The notes: generated by a model from the sequence alone, not told the origin. Positions 1 to 9,658 are shown, numbered from the stretch's first letter. The stretch: 64,000 bases of DNA from Candidatus Saccharimonadia bacterium (GCA_046597065.1 JBKJLI010000003.1:221151-285150), one strand, 5' to 3'. Numbers and translations are program-made.

Positions 1-1
1 T

Positions 2-439
2 GGGGCCGACAGCATCCAAACCATCACCCGCGAGTTTGCCGAAAAAATTAAAGGCTCAGAGATTCAACAGATTTACGGAATCAGCAATCTTGATCGTTTG
101 AATAAATACTTTCCCGATATTGTTACAAATCAAGCCAACCCTGAAAGAATCAGCGCTGGTGTTCGCAGTCTATTTTTATATACTTGCTCGGAAGGACCAG
201 TTTTGAAGCTGAGTGATGAAGTTAAAAATAGGCTGTCAATGTTTGTCCCCACCAAAGACTTCAACTTTACTTCTGATATTAGTATTGCCGGTGACTACGT
301 TGCACTTTTAGCACTTGAGGGTAGTAAGCCTAGCGGAATTACCATACGGAGCCAAAGTATCGCCGATGGTATGCGAGCGGTTTTTGATCTGGCATGGAAA
401 TCGGCGTCACAATACCCCGAGAATAAATCCCAGAATTAG
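2..439 (+). CDS. TrmB-like transcriptional regulator, C-terminal part (5' truncated by window)
   Basis: Frame is open from position 2 (GADSIQTITREF...). The ending 'DISIAGDYVALL..GITIRSQSIADGMRAVFDLAW' resembles CPR TrmB-family C-terminal domains. Confidence 0.6.
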   Translation, partial: GADSIQTITREFAEKIKGSEIQQIYGISNLDRLNKYFPDIVTNQANPERISAGVRSLFLYTCSEGPVLKLSDEVKNRLSMFVPTKDFNFTSDISIAGDYVALLALEGSKPSGITIRSQSIADGMRAVFDLAWKSASQYPENKSQN

Positions 440-451
440 TGAGTTATTATA

Positions 452-480
452 TTGACATTTGGGCGGGTAATAAGTAGAAT
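452..480 (+). promoter_or_regulatory. sigma70 promoter of large ncRNA candidate
   Basis: TTGACA(452-457)-17 bp-TAGAAT(475-480). Confidence 0.85.
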
Positions 481-486
481 CTTTGT

Positions 487-1115
487 GTCTTGATGCCCGT
501 CTGGGGCTGAGAGAAGCCCCATCTGGGGGCAGATGTTTGCAGTTCATCTCAACAAGCAAAACGAGAAAGGAGTGTCATGCGATGTCCGGCCTGTAGCCAT
601 CATCGCGTTGCCTCCTAGAACGAGCTGACCTCTCGCCCTGCGGGAGTTGTCTCCGTAATAGGAGGCGACGGCAAAAAACAAGACTTCCTCTGACCAACGG
701 ATGGCCCAACGACTTGCCGTCGCCACCATCCAGGTCAGGCAGTAGGAAGAGGCTAGGATGATCGCTGGGGCACCGCCCAGTTTGCTCATCGACAAACGTC
801 CCTGGCCAAGGGATGTCGCCAGCAGTAACGGATACGGCCGGGCCTGGGGGGCCCCTAAAGCCTTTTGGCCCGGCCGATGTCTTCTAGGCGTCTTACACGC
901 CAATCGGACGATCGCTCCTGCGATCGCTCCAGCGCCTCTTCTGGCGCATCGGGCTAGCCGCCCGGAGTCGAGATTGTGAATCTTCTGCCTTGTGCCTTCG
1001 TCGGGCACCGACAGCGAGTTTTCACTGGATCAACACCAAACGCCTTCGGGCGGATCTGACTCCGGGCGGCAGCTCAAAAACAACCCCTAGCTCCCAGAGC
1101 TGGGGGCTTTTCTTT
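487..1115 (+). ncRNA. large structured ncRNA candidate (~630 nt), family unknown
   Basis: Bounded by promoter and terminator, with no credible long ORF. Many stems, e.g. 606-617/659-670, 836-845/867-876, a perfect 13-bp 958-970/1058-1070 region and a C(UUCG)G hairpin at 1041-1052. G-U pairs favour the + strand. Confidence 0.75.
577..618 (+). CDS. putative 13-aa peptide MRCPACSHHRVAS embedded in the ncRNA
   Basis: AAAGGAG SD followed by ATG at 577; TAG stop lies inside a stem. Confidence 0.35.
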   Translation: MRCPACSHHRVAS

Positions 1116-1116
1116 T
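1084..1116 (+). terminator. intrinsic terminator
   Basis: CCCCTAGCTC-cca-GAGCTGGGGG followed by CTTTTCTTTT. Confidence 0.8.
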
Positions 1117-1150
1117 GCACTCATTAATATTTAAGAACATTGTTATGAAA

Positions 1151-2464
1151 TCAGGATTTGGCTTTAGGCTTGCGACCTAAACTTAAGCCACGTCGCTTGG
1201 GGAGTATAGTGGCGCGTTTACGGGCATCGATGGCATTCTGGTACAGCTTGGCTAGCTGTATGGTTTGATGGTGTTCGGAGTAGCTGGCTGCTAGCTCAAC
1301 GCTACGGACTCCCATTTTGGCGCGCAACTCATCATTTACCAGTATTTTTATTATCTTGGCCGCTAAATCTTTGGCGGTATTTTTGGCAAAGTAGCCGTTC
1401 TCGCCATCACGCAACATATCGGTAACCTCGCGATCTATCAATACCAAGGGTAATCCAGCGCAGGCGGCTTCATTGGTAGCCAAACCTTGTGTGTCGGTTC
1501 GTGATGGAAAAGCGAACACATCTGAACTACCGTACGCAGCACCAAGCTTGGAATGATCAACATAGCCGGTAAAGATCACCTTTTCGGCTACCTCAAGTTT
1601 GGCAGCCAACAGCTCTAGCTTAATGCGATGCTCATGTTGGCCAATTAGCAAAAGTTTGGTTTTAGGCTGCTTTTTTAACAGTATTTGAAATGCCAACAAT
1701 AGTAGTTCAACGTTCTTTTCGCTACCTAAGCGACCAACAAAAATGATGATTTTTTCATCAGCCTCAATGCCGTATCTAGTCTTAAATAAAGCAACCGCTC
1801 GAGTAGTAGTTGTAATTTTGTCTACACCAGTTGGCAATATGCGGATTGGTGCGGTAGTTTTCCAGCTACGCAATTGTGCTTCAATTTTACGCGATGGAGC
1901 AATCACATAATCGCAGCTGTTATGAATTTGAGTCACGCCTCTGACCACAATTTTTTGATTCCATTTATCAATGTCGCGTTCGGGTTTGATACTGCTAATA
2001 GCCGTTCGAAAGTCGGCTAAACTGCCCCGAGTAATTAATGGCCCCATTAGTGAAAGCGCAATTGTGCCGGGTAGTACCGAGGGATAATGGGACACGTACT
2101 CAAATAAATCGGTGTGATAAGTGGCAATTAGGGGTATCTTGTTGCGCAAAGCAAAGTACGCTCCCAAAAGCCCCACTTGGCTCGGTGTATGAAAATGTAT
2201 AATGTCTAGCTTGTACTTTTTGATCCGTTGCATGGCCTCTGGAGGAAAGAAAAAGCTTGTAAGATAGTCATCATAAAATAGCCCTTTAATGGCAGGGAAG
2301 CGAATGATATTTGGTGAACGCTCCTTGTAGCGCATATTAGGAGCCGGGGCAAAAACGTAGACGTTATGGCCTTGCTTTTCAAGTTGCACCCTAAAGCTCT
2401 CGATAGAAAAGGCAATACCATCAACGCTAGGCAAGTAGGTGTCGCTAAAGAGTCCGATATTCAT
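1151..2464 (-). CDS. GT4 glycosyltransferase (diacylglycerol glucosyltransferase-like)
   Basis: MNIGLFSDTYLP..DG N-terminus, VGRLGSEKN, FPSRTDTQGL..EA motif. Confidence 0.9.
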   Translation of the reverse strand: MNIGLFSDTYLPSVDGIAFSIESFRVQLEKQGHNVYVFAPAPNMRYKERSPNIIRFPAIKGLFYDDYLTSFFFPPEAMQRIKKYKLDIIHFHTPSQVGLLGAYFALRNKIPLIATYHTDLFEYVSHYPSVLPGTIALSLMGPLITRGSLADFRTAISSIKPERDIDKWNQKIVVRGVTQIHNSCDYVIAPSRKIEAQLRSWKTTAPIRILPTGVDKITTTTRAVALFKTRYGIEADEKIIIFVGRLGSEKNVELLLLAFQILLKKQPKTKLLLIGQHEHRIKLELLAAKLEVAEKVIFTGYVDHSKLGAAYGSSDVFAFPSRTDTQGLATNEAACAGLPLVLIDREVTDMLRDGENGYFAKNTAKDLAAKIIKILVNDELRAKMGVRSVELAASYSEHHQTIQLAKLYQNAIDARKRATILPKRRGLSLGRKPKAKS

Positions 2465-2473
2465 GATTACTCC

Positions 2474-3490
2474 TTAAAGTAGGGAACGGTAGAGTTTAAT
2501 AAAATGATTTGCCGCCACCTTGTTATCAAAGCGGGCCGCCACCTTCTTAGAGCCAGCAATGGCTGTAGCGCGGAAATTAGAGTCGGTCTGCAGGCGCTCA
2601 AGTAGCTTGGAAAAAGTACTATCATCTCCGCGAATCAAGTCGTCGCCGAATGAGGAGTCGTACTCATGAATATCACGGATGATGATTGGCAGGCCGGCCG
2701 CCGCCGCCTCTATCACCGCCAAGGGGTGATTTTCTTGGTTTGATGGCAGAATAAAGGCGTCGGCTGCCTGGTAATAGGGCTTGACCGCCTCTAGCTCAAT
2801 TACTCCGGTGACAGTTAGGTTGGAGGGCGCAGATTTCATCAGTGCTTCCATTTTATGATGTTCGGCACCAAGGCCCTTAAAGGGGATGCCACCCACCCAT
2901 ATAAACTGCATTTTGGGGTGAGCCTTGGCCAAATCAACGAACACGTCGAAGCGCTTACGAGGTTGCACTTGGCCGGAACAAACCACCACAAATTTAGCTT
3001 CTTCTATGCCGATCTTGGCTCGAGCTGCCTGGTGATCAGCCGAGGTAGTGGCGTACTCCTTCGAATCGACCGTATTAAAGATGATCTCAACCGGCTTTTT
3101 GATCCTGAGTTGAGTCACTAGCGTGTCGCGGACCTCGCCACTAACCGCTACTAAGGCGTCTGCCCGGTTATAAAAGAAGCGTAAGTACCATTTGGCTAGG
3201 CCGTACCAATACTTTGCGCCTACCAGTGATCCTATAAAGGAGTCAGGAACTATGTGTACTGAGATGATTTTACGGCTACGACCCCAAAGCAGCGCCGCCA
3301 AGCTGTACAGGCCGACCGTATGCACATGGGTAATATCGGCCTTGCGAAAGTTATTAACTTTTACATCGGTGTCGCTTCGGGCGCTTAGGCCATCTACCAT
3401 CTCTTTAAAGGCGGTGTGTACACCATGACCCCGGACGGTAAAGGTAGTCTCCGAAATTATGTTGATGATTAGTTTTGGTGTTGTTGCCAT
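2474..3490 (-). CDS. GT4 glycosyltransferase
   Basis: GHGVHTA, GQVQPRK, LPSNQENHPLAVIEAAAAG motifs; start taken at ATG 3490. Confidence 0.88.
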   Translation of the reverse strand: MATTPKLIINIISETTFTVRGHGVHTAFKEMVDGLSARSDTDVKVNNFRKADITHVHTVGLYSLAALLWGRSRKIISVHIVPDSFIGSLVGAKYWYGLAKWYLRFFYNRADALVAVSGEVRDTLVTQLRIKKPVEIIFNTVDSKEYATTSADHQAARAKIGIEEAKFVVVCSGQVQPRKRFDVFVDLAKAHPKMQFIWVGGIPFKGLGAEHHKMEALMKSAPSNLTVTGVIELEAVKPYYQAADAFILPSNQENHPLAVIEAAAAGLPIIIRDIHEYDSSFGDDLIRGDDSTFSKLLERLQTDSNFRATAIAGSKKVAARFDNKVAANHFIKLYRSLL

Positions 3491-4416
3491 TGCCACGCGT
3501 CCTCAACGATATCTTTAAGTGATTTTTGGGGCTGCCAATTTAGCAGTTCATTTGCCAAGTCGATACTGGCCAGTAGTCTAGCCGGATCGCCAGAACGACG
3601 TGGTGCCACTTGGCGTTTAAGCTTGCGTCCACTGGCGTTATCAATCGCATCAAGCACCTCTTTAACCGAAGCGCCATGGCTGGTGCCAAGGTTTATCGCG
3701 CGATTAACTGGCCGCTTGATTAGTTCGGTCGCTGCCAGTATATGCGCCCGGGCCAGATCATCAACATGCACATAGTCGCGAATACAGCTGCCATCGGGTG
3801 TCGGGTAGTCGTCGCCAAACAGCTTCACCGGCTTTGCCGCTTTAAGTGCTGCAAATGCGGCTGGAATGATGTGGTCTGGCGTATGATCACCAATCTTGTC
3901 ATGGGCACCGGCAGCGTTGAAGTAGCGTAGCGCTATCCAGCGAAGCCCATGAGTGGCCTGGTAGCTGGCTAACAACTGCTCGACCATTAGCTTTGTCCAT
4001 CCATAGGGGCTGGTGGGGTGAGTGGCCGCCGATTCTTTTATTGGTATGGCATCGGGCTCGCCATACACCGCCGCTGATGACGAAAAGATAATCGGTAGCT
4101 TATGCGATGCTGATGCTTCGATGACATTAAGGCTACCCAGCACGTTAACCCGGTAGTACACGTGCGGCTGCTTGGTTGATTCGCCAACTAATAGCTTGCC
4201 GGCAAAGTGCATCACGGCGTCGTATCCTTGCCCCAAAGCGGCCTCAACTGCCGCGTTGTCGCAGATGTCGCCCTTTATAAGTTTTAAGTCACCAACATTT
4301 TTATGAGTGCTGGTAGACAGGTTATCAAAAACTGTCACTTCATGGCCGGCGGCTGCAAGCAGCTGGGCCGTGGTACCGCCAATAAATCCGGCTCCACCAA
4401 AAACAAGTAGTTTCAT
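3469..4416 (-). CDS. galE: UDP-glucose 4-epimerase
   Basis: GGAGFIG, SSSAAVYG, YGWTK, LRYFNAAG, RDYVHV. True start MKLLV at 4416, 8 nt after TATACT. Confidence 0.92.
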   Translation of the reverse strand: MKLLVFGGAGFIGGTTAQLLAAAGHEVTVFDNLSTSTHKNVGDLKLIKGDICDNAAVEAALGQGYDAVMHFAGKLLVGESTKQPHVYYRVNVLGSLNVIEASASHKLPIIFSSSAAVYGEPDAIPIKESAATHPTSPYGWTKLMVEQLLASYQATHGLRWIALRYFNAAGAHDKIGDHTPDHIIPAAFAALKAAKPVKLFGDDYPTPDGSCIRDYVHVDDLARAHILAATELIKRPVNRAINLGTSHGASVKEVLDAIDNASGRKLKRQVAPRRSGDPARLLASIDLANELLNWQPQKSLKDIVEDAWQWQQHQN

Positions 4417-4461
4417 TAAGCATAAGTATAGCAACAATCTCGGTAGGCTATAATAGTCGAG

Positions 4462-5724
4462 ATGGAGTATCTCGCAACCGTTCGCCAAATTAACTTTGCC
4501 CGTTTGTGGGGTGCGCAGGTGTTGTCGCAGGTGGCAGCCAACCTATTAAACTTTGCTCTTATCATCTTGGTCTATAACCTAACTTTAGGGTCGCGTTATG
4601 CTAGTTTCTCGGTTAGTTTATTGGTATTATCGTTTGCGATTCCATCGATTTTTGCTGCCCCGGTGGCCGGGACTTACGTTGATTATTGGGATCGAAAAAA
4701 GGTATTAATCATCGCCAACCTGTTGCGAGGAGTACTGGTGCTGCTATACGTACCGGCTCGGGGTAACATCATCGCAATCTTGGCTTTAACTTTTGTGATT
4801 GCCACTATTACCCAGTTTTTTCTGCCGGCTGAAGCCGCTACTATTCCTAAAGTCGTTCCCAAGGACTATTTGGTGCAGGCCAATTCGTTGTTTGTCTTTA
4901 CCATGTATGCGGCCTTTCTAGTAGGCTACTCGGCTTCGGGGCCGGTAGTGCAGCAGTTTGGCAAGGAGGGTCCATACTACTTAACTGCCGCCATGTTCTT
5001 AATCTCGGCTCTGCTCGTTGTAATGTTGCCACCCCAGGAACAGCCACGTAAAAAAGGCGATAAACTACCTAAACTGCACCTTATTAACCACATAAAAGAT
5101 AATTGGGCGATCGTTAGTGGCCACCCCGGTCGCTTTTTTGCATTAATCCATCTGGCAATTATTCAGGGCATTATCTTTATTTTAATCACTTTAGCGCCTG
5201 CGCTGTCTGAATCGTTGTTAAAAACGCCTTTGCAGCAGGCCAGCCACGTACTAATAATCCCAGTTGGTATCGGTATGGTGCTGGGCGTATTACTGGTAGG
5301 TAATCTCACTCGGCGCTACTCCAAACGCCAAATTATTGAAACCTGCCTGGTAATTGCTGGTGCCGCGTTAATGGCACTGGGCATTAGCAGCTGGTTTTAC
5401 AGCATTAGTTCTGGTCACACCGCACTTGCCAACATTGGCCTAATTACCGGCACAATCATGATGCTGCTAGGAATAATTAATGCACTTGTTAGTACTGCCG
5501 CCCAAACCATGCTTCAAGAAACTACTGATAACTCGCAACAAGGTAAGGTGTTTAGCTCACTTCAAATGCTGATTAACATTGCTTCAACCATCCCAGTGTT
5601 GTTTACCGGCATCTTGGCCGACCTACTTAACGTCAACACCGTTATCGCTATCATTGGCTTTACGCTGCTTGGGTATGGCATATACATGCTGTGGCGATCG
5701 GCCGCCCCCAAGCACATCGCTTAG
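4462..5724 (+). CDS. MFS transporter
   Basis: ~12 TM helices; motif A 'GTYVDYWDRKKVL'. Confidence 0.9.
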   Translation: MEYLATVRQINFARLWGAQVLSQVAANLLNFALIILVYNLTLGSRYASFSVSLLVLSFAIPSIFAAPVAGTYVDYWDRKKVLIIANLLRGVLVLLYVPARGNIIAILALTFVIATITQFFLPAEAATIPKVVPKDYLVQANSLFVFTMYAAFLVGYSASGPVVQQFGKEGPYYLTAAMFLISALLVVMLPPQEQPRKKGDKLPKLHLINHIKDNWAIVSGHPGRFFALIHLAIIQGIIFILITLAPALSESLLKTPLQQASHVLIIPVGIGMVLGVLLVGNLTRRYSKRQIIETCLVIAGAALMALGISSWFYSISSGHTALANIGLITGTIMMLLGIINALVSTAAQTMLQETTDNSQQGKVFSSLQMLINIASTIPVLFTGILADLLNVNTVIAIIGFTLLGYGIYMLWRSAAPKHIA

Positions 5725-5766
5725 AGCTTTATGTTTGGTAGTCCAACGGGTATAATACCGTGCTAT

Positions 5767-6145
5767 GGGGCTGACTAGCTTCGACGAAAGATCCTTCACA
5801 GTCTACTTTGCAAGTCGCAGGTATGCGTTAAATCCAACCTATAACAATTGGCAACTCCATTGTTTCGCGTTTAAAGGCCGCTTTTAGCGTTCCTTCATTC
5901 GCACCAGCTTACGCTTAATTGTGTTCGCCATCGGTTCCTGACTCCAGATAGGGGATAATCGGTGTCAAATCTCTGGCCGCCCATTTGCGTGGTGCCTAAC
6001 GCGCAGATGTTAAGACTACCTGGTTGCGGTAGCGGCTACTTCAGTCCGCTTTAAGGCAGCTGCCTAAGATTTTAAGTGGTCTAAGCTTGTAGACGAGTAG
6101 ACAGTGAACTTTCGGACCGGGGTGCAAATCCCCGCAGCTCCACCA
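5767..6145 (+). ncRNA. ssrA: tmRNA
   Basis: 5' GGGGCTGA...TTCGAC and 3' T-arm ...CAGCTCCACCA; tag frame 5850-5918 GNSIVSRLKAAFSVPSFAPAYA*; smpB present in window. Confidence 0.95.
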
Positions 6146-6177
6146 AAAGTGCGCCAGCCAAAGCTGGTGCTTTTTTT
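6146..6177 (+). terminator. tmRNA terminator
   Basis: GCGCCAGC-caaa-GCTGGTGC followed by T run. Confidence 0.8.
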
Positions 6178-6269
6178 GTGATATTATTTTTGCTAACGGC
6201 GGAGGTGACTTCGCCATCCTTGTACCTCAAAACCGAAAGATTTCTTATGACATCGATGGAGGAGAGATA

Positions 6270-6539
6270 ATGGCTGAAGCAACCAGAGGCATTACTTACG
6301 TTCAGGCCTGTCTGCTAAATGACATCAAGAAGCTTGAGGGGCCTACGGTTCAGCAGCTTCGCGATTTCATGGAACAAGGAGCTGCCTACGAGAGCTTCAA
6401 GGCCACTATCGGGTCCTACAAACAGCGCGTCAAGCGCATGAAGGACTATGGTTACGTCGTAGAGGGTGAGGGTGGCGGGCTGTGGCTGACCAACGCGGGC
6501 GAGAAAGCACTTGATCACGCCAATAGTCGCCGCCGCTAG
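6270..6539 (+). CDS. small putative winged-helix DNA-binding protein
   Basis: Strong SD GGAGGAG; 'RVKRMKDYGYVV..GGLWLTNAGEKAL' wing motif; followed by a terminator. Confidence 0.65.
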   Translation: MAEATRGITYVQACLLNDIKKLEGPTVQQLRDFMEQGAAYESFKATIGSYKQRVKRMKDYGYVVEGEGGGLWLTNAGEKALDHANSRRR

Positions 6540-6575
6540 CTACGTGTGGGGCGGGTCAGTGAAGACCTCGCCCCA

Positions 6576-6611
6576 AAGCTGAGTTACGTTATGTAGCTCA
6601 GCTTATTTTTT
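6576..6611 (+). terminator. intrinsic terminator
   Basis: AAGCTGAGTTAC...GTAGCTCAGCTT followed by ATTTTTT. Confidence 0.75.
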
Positions 6612-6750
6612 GGTTTAAAAAATAAGCGCACATTACTGTTGAAATCTGAGGAAACAAAAACCCTAAGTTTAATTCACATCTCGACTTACAGGTTGAAATA
6701 TGTCATAATCTGCCCCAAGCCGCATTCTGTTTTTCGATGAAAGGCACGAA

Positions 6751-7380
6751 ATGAGTTCATTACATGCTGAAACTGCACCCGCGTTGTATGTTCGCGGACC
6801 AGCCCTGGCATCTGTCGTAAGGGCGATCCTGCCTGCGTCCCTGGATGCTGGCGTAGGGACCTGGCGACCCGACACCGCTGGCAGTACGCTGGCCTTCATG
6901 GTTGGCCGCGATGTACGCCAAATGTTGCCATGGTCGCTGATGAGGGGCGTTTACGATCAGTGCGAACTGACTGTTAACGGTTGGCGAGCCGATGATAGCA
7001 GCGATGGAGTCAGATTGTGTACACGTGTGTTGAAGTCAACTGGCTCCTGCATCGAGGGCCCGTCAACTTGGCTCGATAGCTTTGAAGCCATCAGACTGCC
7101 CCATGACGCCGATGAAGTTTGGCGGCGTTCTTTTGAGTTCGATGAGCTCATTGGTGCTGTTAACAGGGTCCCGGAGGTAAATAAACTTCGGGCAAGATTG
7201 CGCGGGGGTAGGCCAAAGTTCGGCTTTGATCCACTCGGAATCGAGCGCAACCCAGGCAGAGCCGAAGTGCGGATTTTGGCTCGCGCCGATGACGGCAAGT
7301 TCGCTCTGCTCATGATGCTGTTTTCAAACTCACTCATTCGGGTGCATTGGCTTAACCCGATCGATACAAAGACGCGATGA
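6751..7380 (+). CDS. hypothetical protein
   Basis: 209-aa ORF, GC-richer than core genes, no recognisable motif. Confidence 0.5.
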   Translation: MSSLHAETAPALYVRGPALASVVRAILPASLDAGVGTWRPDTAGSTLAFMVGRDVRQMLPWSLMRGVYDQCELTVNGWRADDSSDGVRLCTRVLKSTGSCIEGPSTWLDSFEAIRLPHDADEVWRRSFEFDELIGAVNRVPEVNKLRARLRGGRPKFGFDPLGIERNPGRAEVRILARADDGKFALLMMLFSNSLIRVHWLNPIDTKTR

Positions 7381-7495
7381 TGCTTGTCATCAGTTGAGCT
7401 CGTTCCACTGGCGTCGACCTTCTTACCGGGGTCGGCGCCTTTTCATTTATTATCATCAGAGCGCTATAATTACAGCTATAACCGCGGAGCAAAAA

Positions 7496-8074
7496 GTGAA
7501 AATACAGGACACATGGCTCGAAGCCCAACGATCGCTCAATGCCGTAATTAATCAGATTAAAGCTGATCAATGGAGTATGTCGGTCCCTAAAGATATGGTA
7601 CGAAGCGATACATCTACTCTGCGTGAGCTCATAAACTACCATAGCTTTGATGACGCTTGGGTCCCGGATATTCTTGCAGGCAAAACTAAGGATGAGGTAG
7701 GTACAATCTACGACGGTGACTTGCTAAAGGACAACCCGATTCTAAATTACAACAAATACTGCGACCTTGCGGCTACGGCGGTAAGCAATTTTGTAGATCT
7801 AAAGCAATTAGTGCATCTGTCATATGGTGACTGGCCGGCCGATGACTACCTACAACATACAGCTTCGTTTAGGGGCTTTCGTAGCTGGGACATAGCCCGG
7901 TTGATTGGCGCCGACACCACAATGTCGCCAAAACTGATTGACGGCTTAAAAGAGTTTATTATTCCCAATGTTGAGGCTTGGCGCAAAATGGGAGTGTTCG
8001 GACCAGAGATTGAAGTGCCCAATGATGTAGATGAGCAAACCAAGTTTCTGGCCCTAATCGGGCGAAAAGTTTAA
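7496..8074 (+). CDS. DinB/MDMPI-like (TIGR03086-type) protein
   Basis: 'ADQWSM.VP...TLRELINYH', 'WDIARLIG', C-terminal 'LALIGR'; likely GTG start at 7496 after GGAG. Confidence 0.7.
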   Translation: MKIQDTWLEAQRSLNAVINQIKADQWSMSVPKDMVRSDTSTLRELINYHSFDDAWVPDILAGKTKDEVGTIYDGDLLKDNPILNYNKYCDLAATAVSNFVDLKQLVHLSYGDWPADDYLQHTASFRGFRSWDIARLIGADTTMSPKLIDGLKEFIIPNVEAWRKMGVFGPEIEVPNDVDEQTKFLALIGRKV

Positions 8075-9567
8075 GGCGTAACCGTTAGAGTCTGAGTACT
8101 TGTGGCCACAGTTTGGCCGTATGCACTTAACGTAGCTTTAATTTGCCAACTACCCGGAATTAGCCCAAGGGTGGCAGCGTTCCAGTTAAACTCAGCACCC
8201 CCATAGCTGTCAAAAGCCTTGGTTCCTAGATCGATTACTTGGTTATTGGGTCCGATTATACTGATATTACAACTGCCACCATTAAAAGCCGAGCAGGTGG
8301 TATCCATCAGAGGGCCACCAGCTAAGCCGGTTGATGACAGGCTGAGGCTTTGTCTGCTAAGTAGTTGCCCGTATGGCTGACTATAAGTAACCGCTAACAT
8401 CGCCGAGTTTGCCGTAATCCGGCCAAAACCAGCAGTTAAGGTACTGCTTTGACCATTCATTGAGGCAATTTTGGCAGCGCTATTTTTAAGCACTGCTTCA
8501 ACTGAACTCTGATTTAACCCAGAATTTTGTTGTAAAATAAGCGCCACCAATCCGGCCGCTATCGGAGCCGAAAACGAGGTACCGGAGTAGCTACAGCTGT
8601 AAGCATTGGTTGAGTTAGTGGGAGTGTAAAAACTGCTGCAGACATCACCAGCAGTTCCGGGTGCCAAGAAGTCTAAATTGCTACCGTAGCTAGAAAAGCT
8701 AGCAATTGCATCAGTTGCGGTACTGGCACCCACCGCAATTACTTCGGGGTAAGCAGCTGGATAAGACAAGCAGTCGCAGCCATCATTACCAGCGGCCGCA
8801 ACCACCACCGAACCATGGCTAATGGCATAATTAATTTGTTGATGTAGATATGGATCATCCTGGCTGCTGCCCAGGCTAAGGCTGATTACCTTTGCGCCTG
8901 AATCTGCGGCATAACGTACGGCTGCTGCAACGGCGTCGGTAAAACCAGTGCCGTTGTCATCTAGTGCTTGGATTGGCAGCAGTGTTGAGTTGGGATTGAT
9001 GGCTCCGGCCAACCCAGCTGTCATGGTGCCATGGTACGCGCCGGAGCCATTAGGGTTACTTGTGCCGGTGCTAGGGTCGGAGTCATTGTTTACAAAGTCA
9101 TAACCTAGCCATCCAACTCCACCGGGTGTAGCCTGCCAGCGGTTAATTAAGGCTTCGTGATGCAAGGCAAAGCCGCTATCGATAACTGCGATTAATGGCC
9201 CAGTGTTGCTGCTAGTCAGCTTGGTTAGGCCGGATCCGGCCGTAATTCGCTGTAAGAATGGCTGGTTTTGGCTTAATCCAGCCACGCTTGGGGTAGTTAA
9301 GGCATGGTACTCAATTTGGGGGTGAGGATAGATCGGTAGGGTTGTTTTTACCGGATTTCCAGCCGGAAGGCTTGGACTATCTGTCGAAACCACAGTATTA
9401 GCTTGATCTAAACCGTCCGCCTTTACAACCTGTGATGGGGTAGGCGATGGGGAAGGCAACATAGCGGTACTGCCAAAATACGATTTAATCATCGACCCAA
9501 AAATAATAATGGCCGCAAGCAAGATAGCTTGGGCGAACAACAGTGGATAATTGAGTTTTAGGGTCAT
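8071..9567 (-). CDS. secreted S8 subtilase
   Basis: Catalytic triad motifs VIDSG, HGT, SGTSFSAP; AAGN oxyanion; N-terminal TM/signal. Confidence 0.92.
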   Translation of the reverse strand: MTLKLNYPLLFAQAILLAAIIIFGSMIKSYFGSTAMLPSPSPTPSQVVKADGLDQANTVVSTDSPSLPAGNPVKTTLPIYPHPQIEYHALTTPSVAGLSQNQPFLQRITAGSGLTKLTSSNTGPLIAVIDSGFALHHEALINRWQATPGGVGWLGYDFVNNDSDPSTGTSNPNGSGAYHGTMTAGLAGAINPNSTLLPIQALDDNGTGFTDAVAAAVRYAADSGAKVISLSLGSSQDDPYLHQQINYAISHGSVVVAAAGNDGCDCLSYPAAYPEVIAVGASTATDAIASFSSYGSNLDFLAPGTAGDVCSSFYTPTNSTNAYSCSYSGTSFSAPIAAGLVALILQQNSGLNQSSVEAVLKNSAAKIASMNGQSSTLTAGFGRITANSAMLAVTYSQPYGQLLSRQSLSLSSTGLAGGPLMDTTCSAFNGGSCNISIIGPNNQVIDLGTKAFDSYGGAEFNWNAATLGLIPGSWQIKATLSAYGQTVATSTQTLTVTP

Positions 9568-9658
9568 ATTTGGACCATTTTTGGTTTTTGCTTATGTTTA
9601 ATTTTAGTGTTCAGTCATCAAAAAAGCAATCCTAAACCAAGCTGTTACAATATTAAGC

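Noticed and set aside
544-1008. ORFs 544-1008(-) and 758-979(+)
   Set aside because: No SD or motifs; they look like by-products of a GC-rich structured RNA.
6146-7380. Prophage or integrative element at tmRNA
   Set aside because: No integrase and no duplicated tmRNA 3' end in the window.
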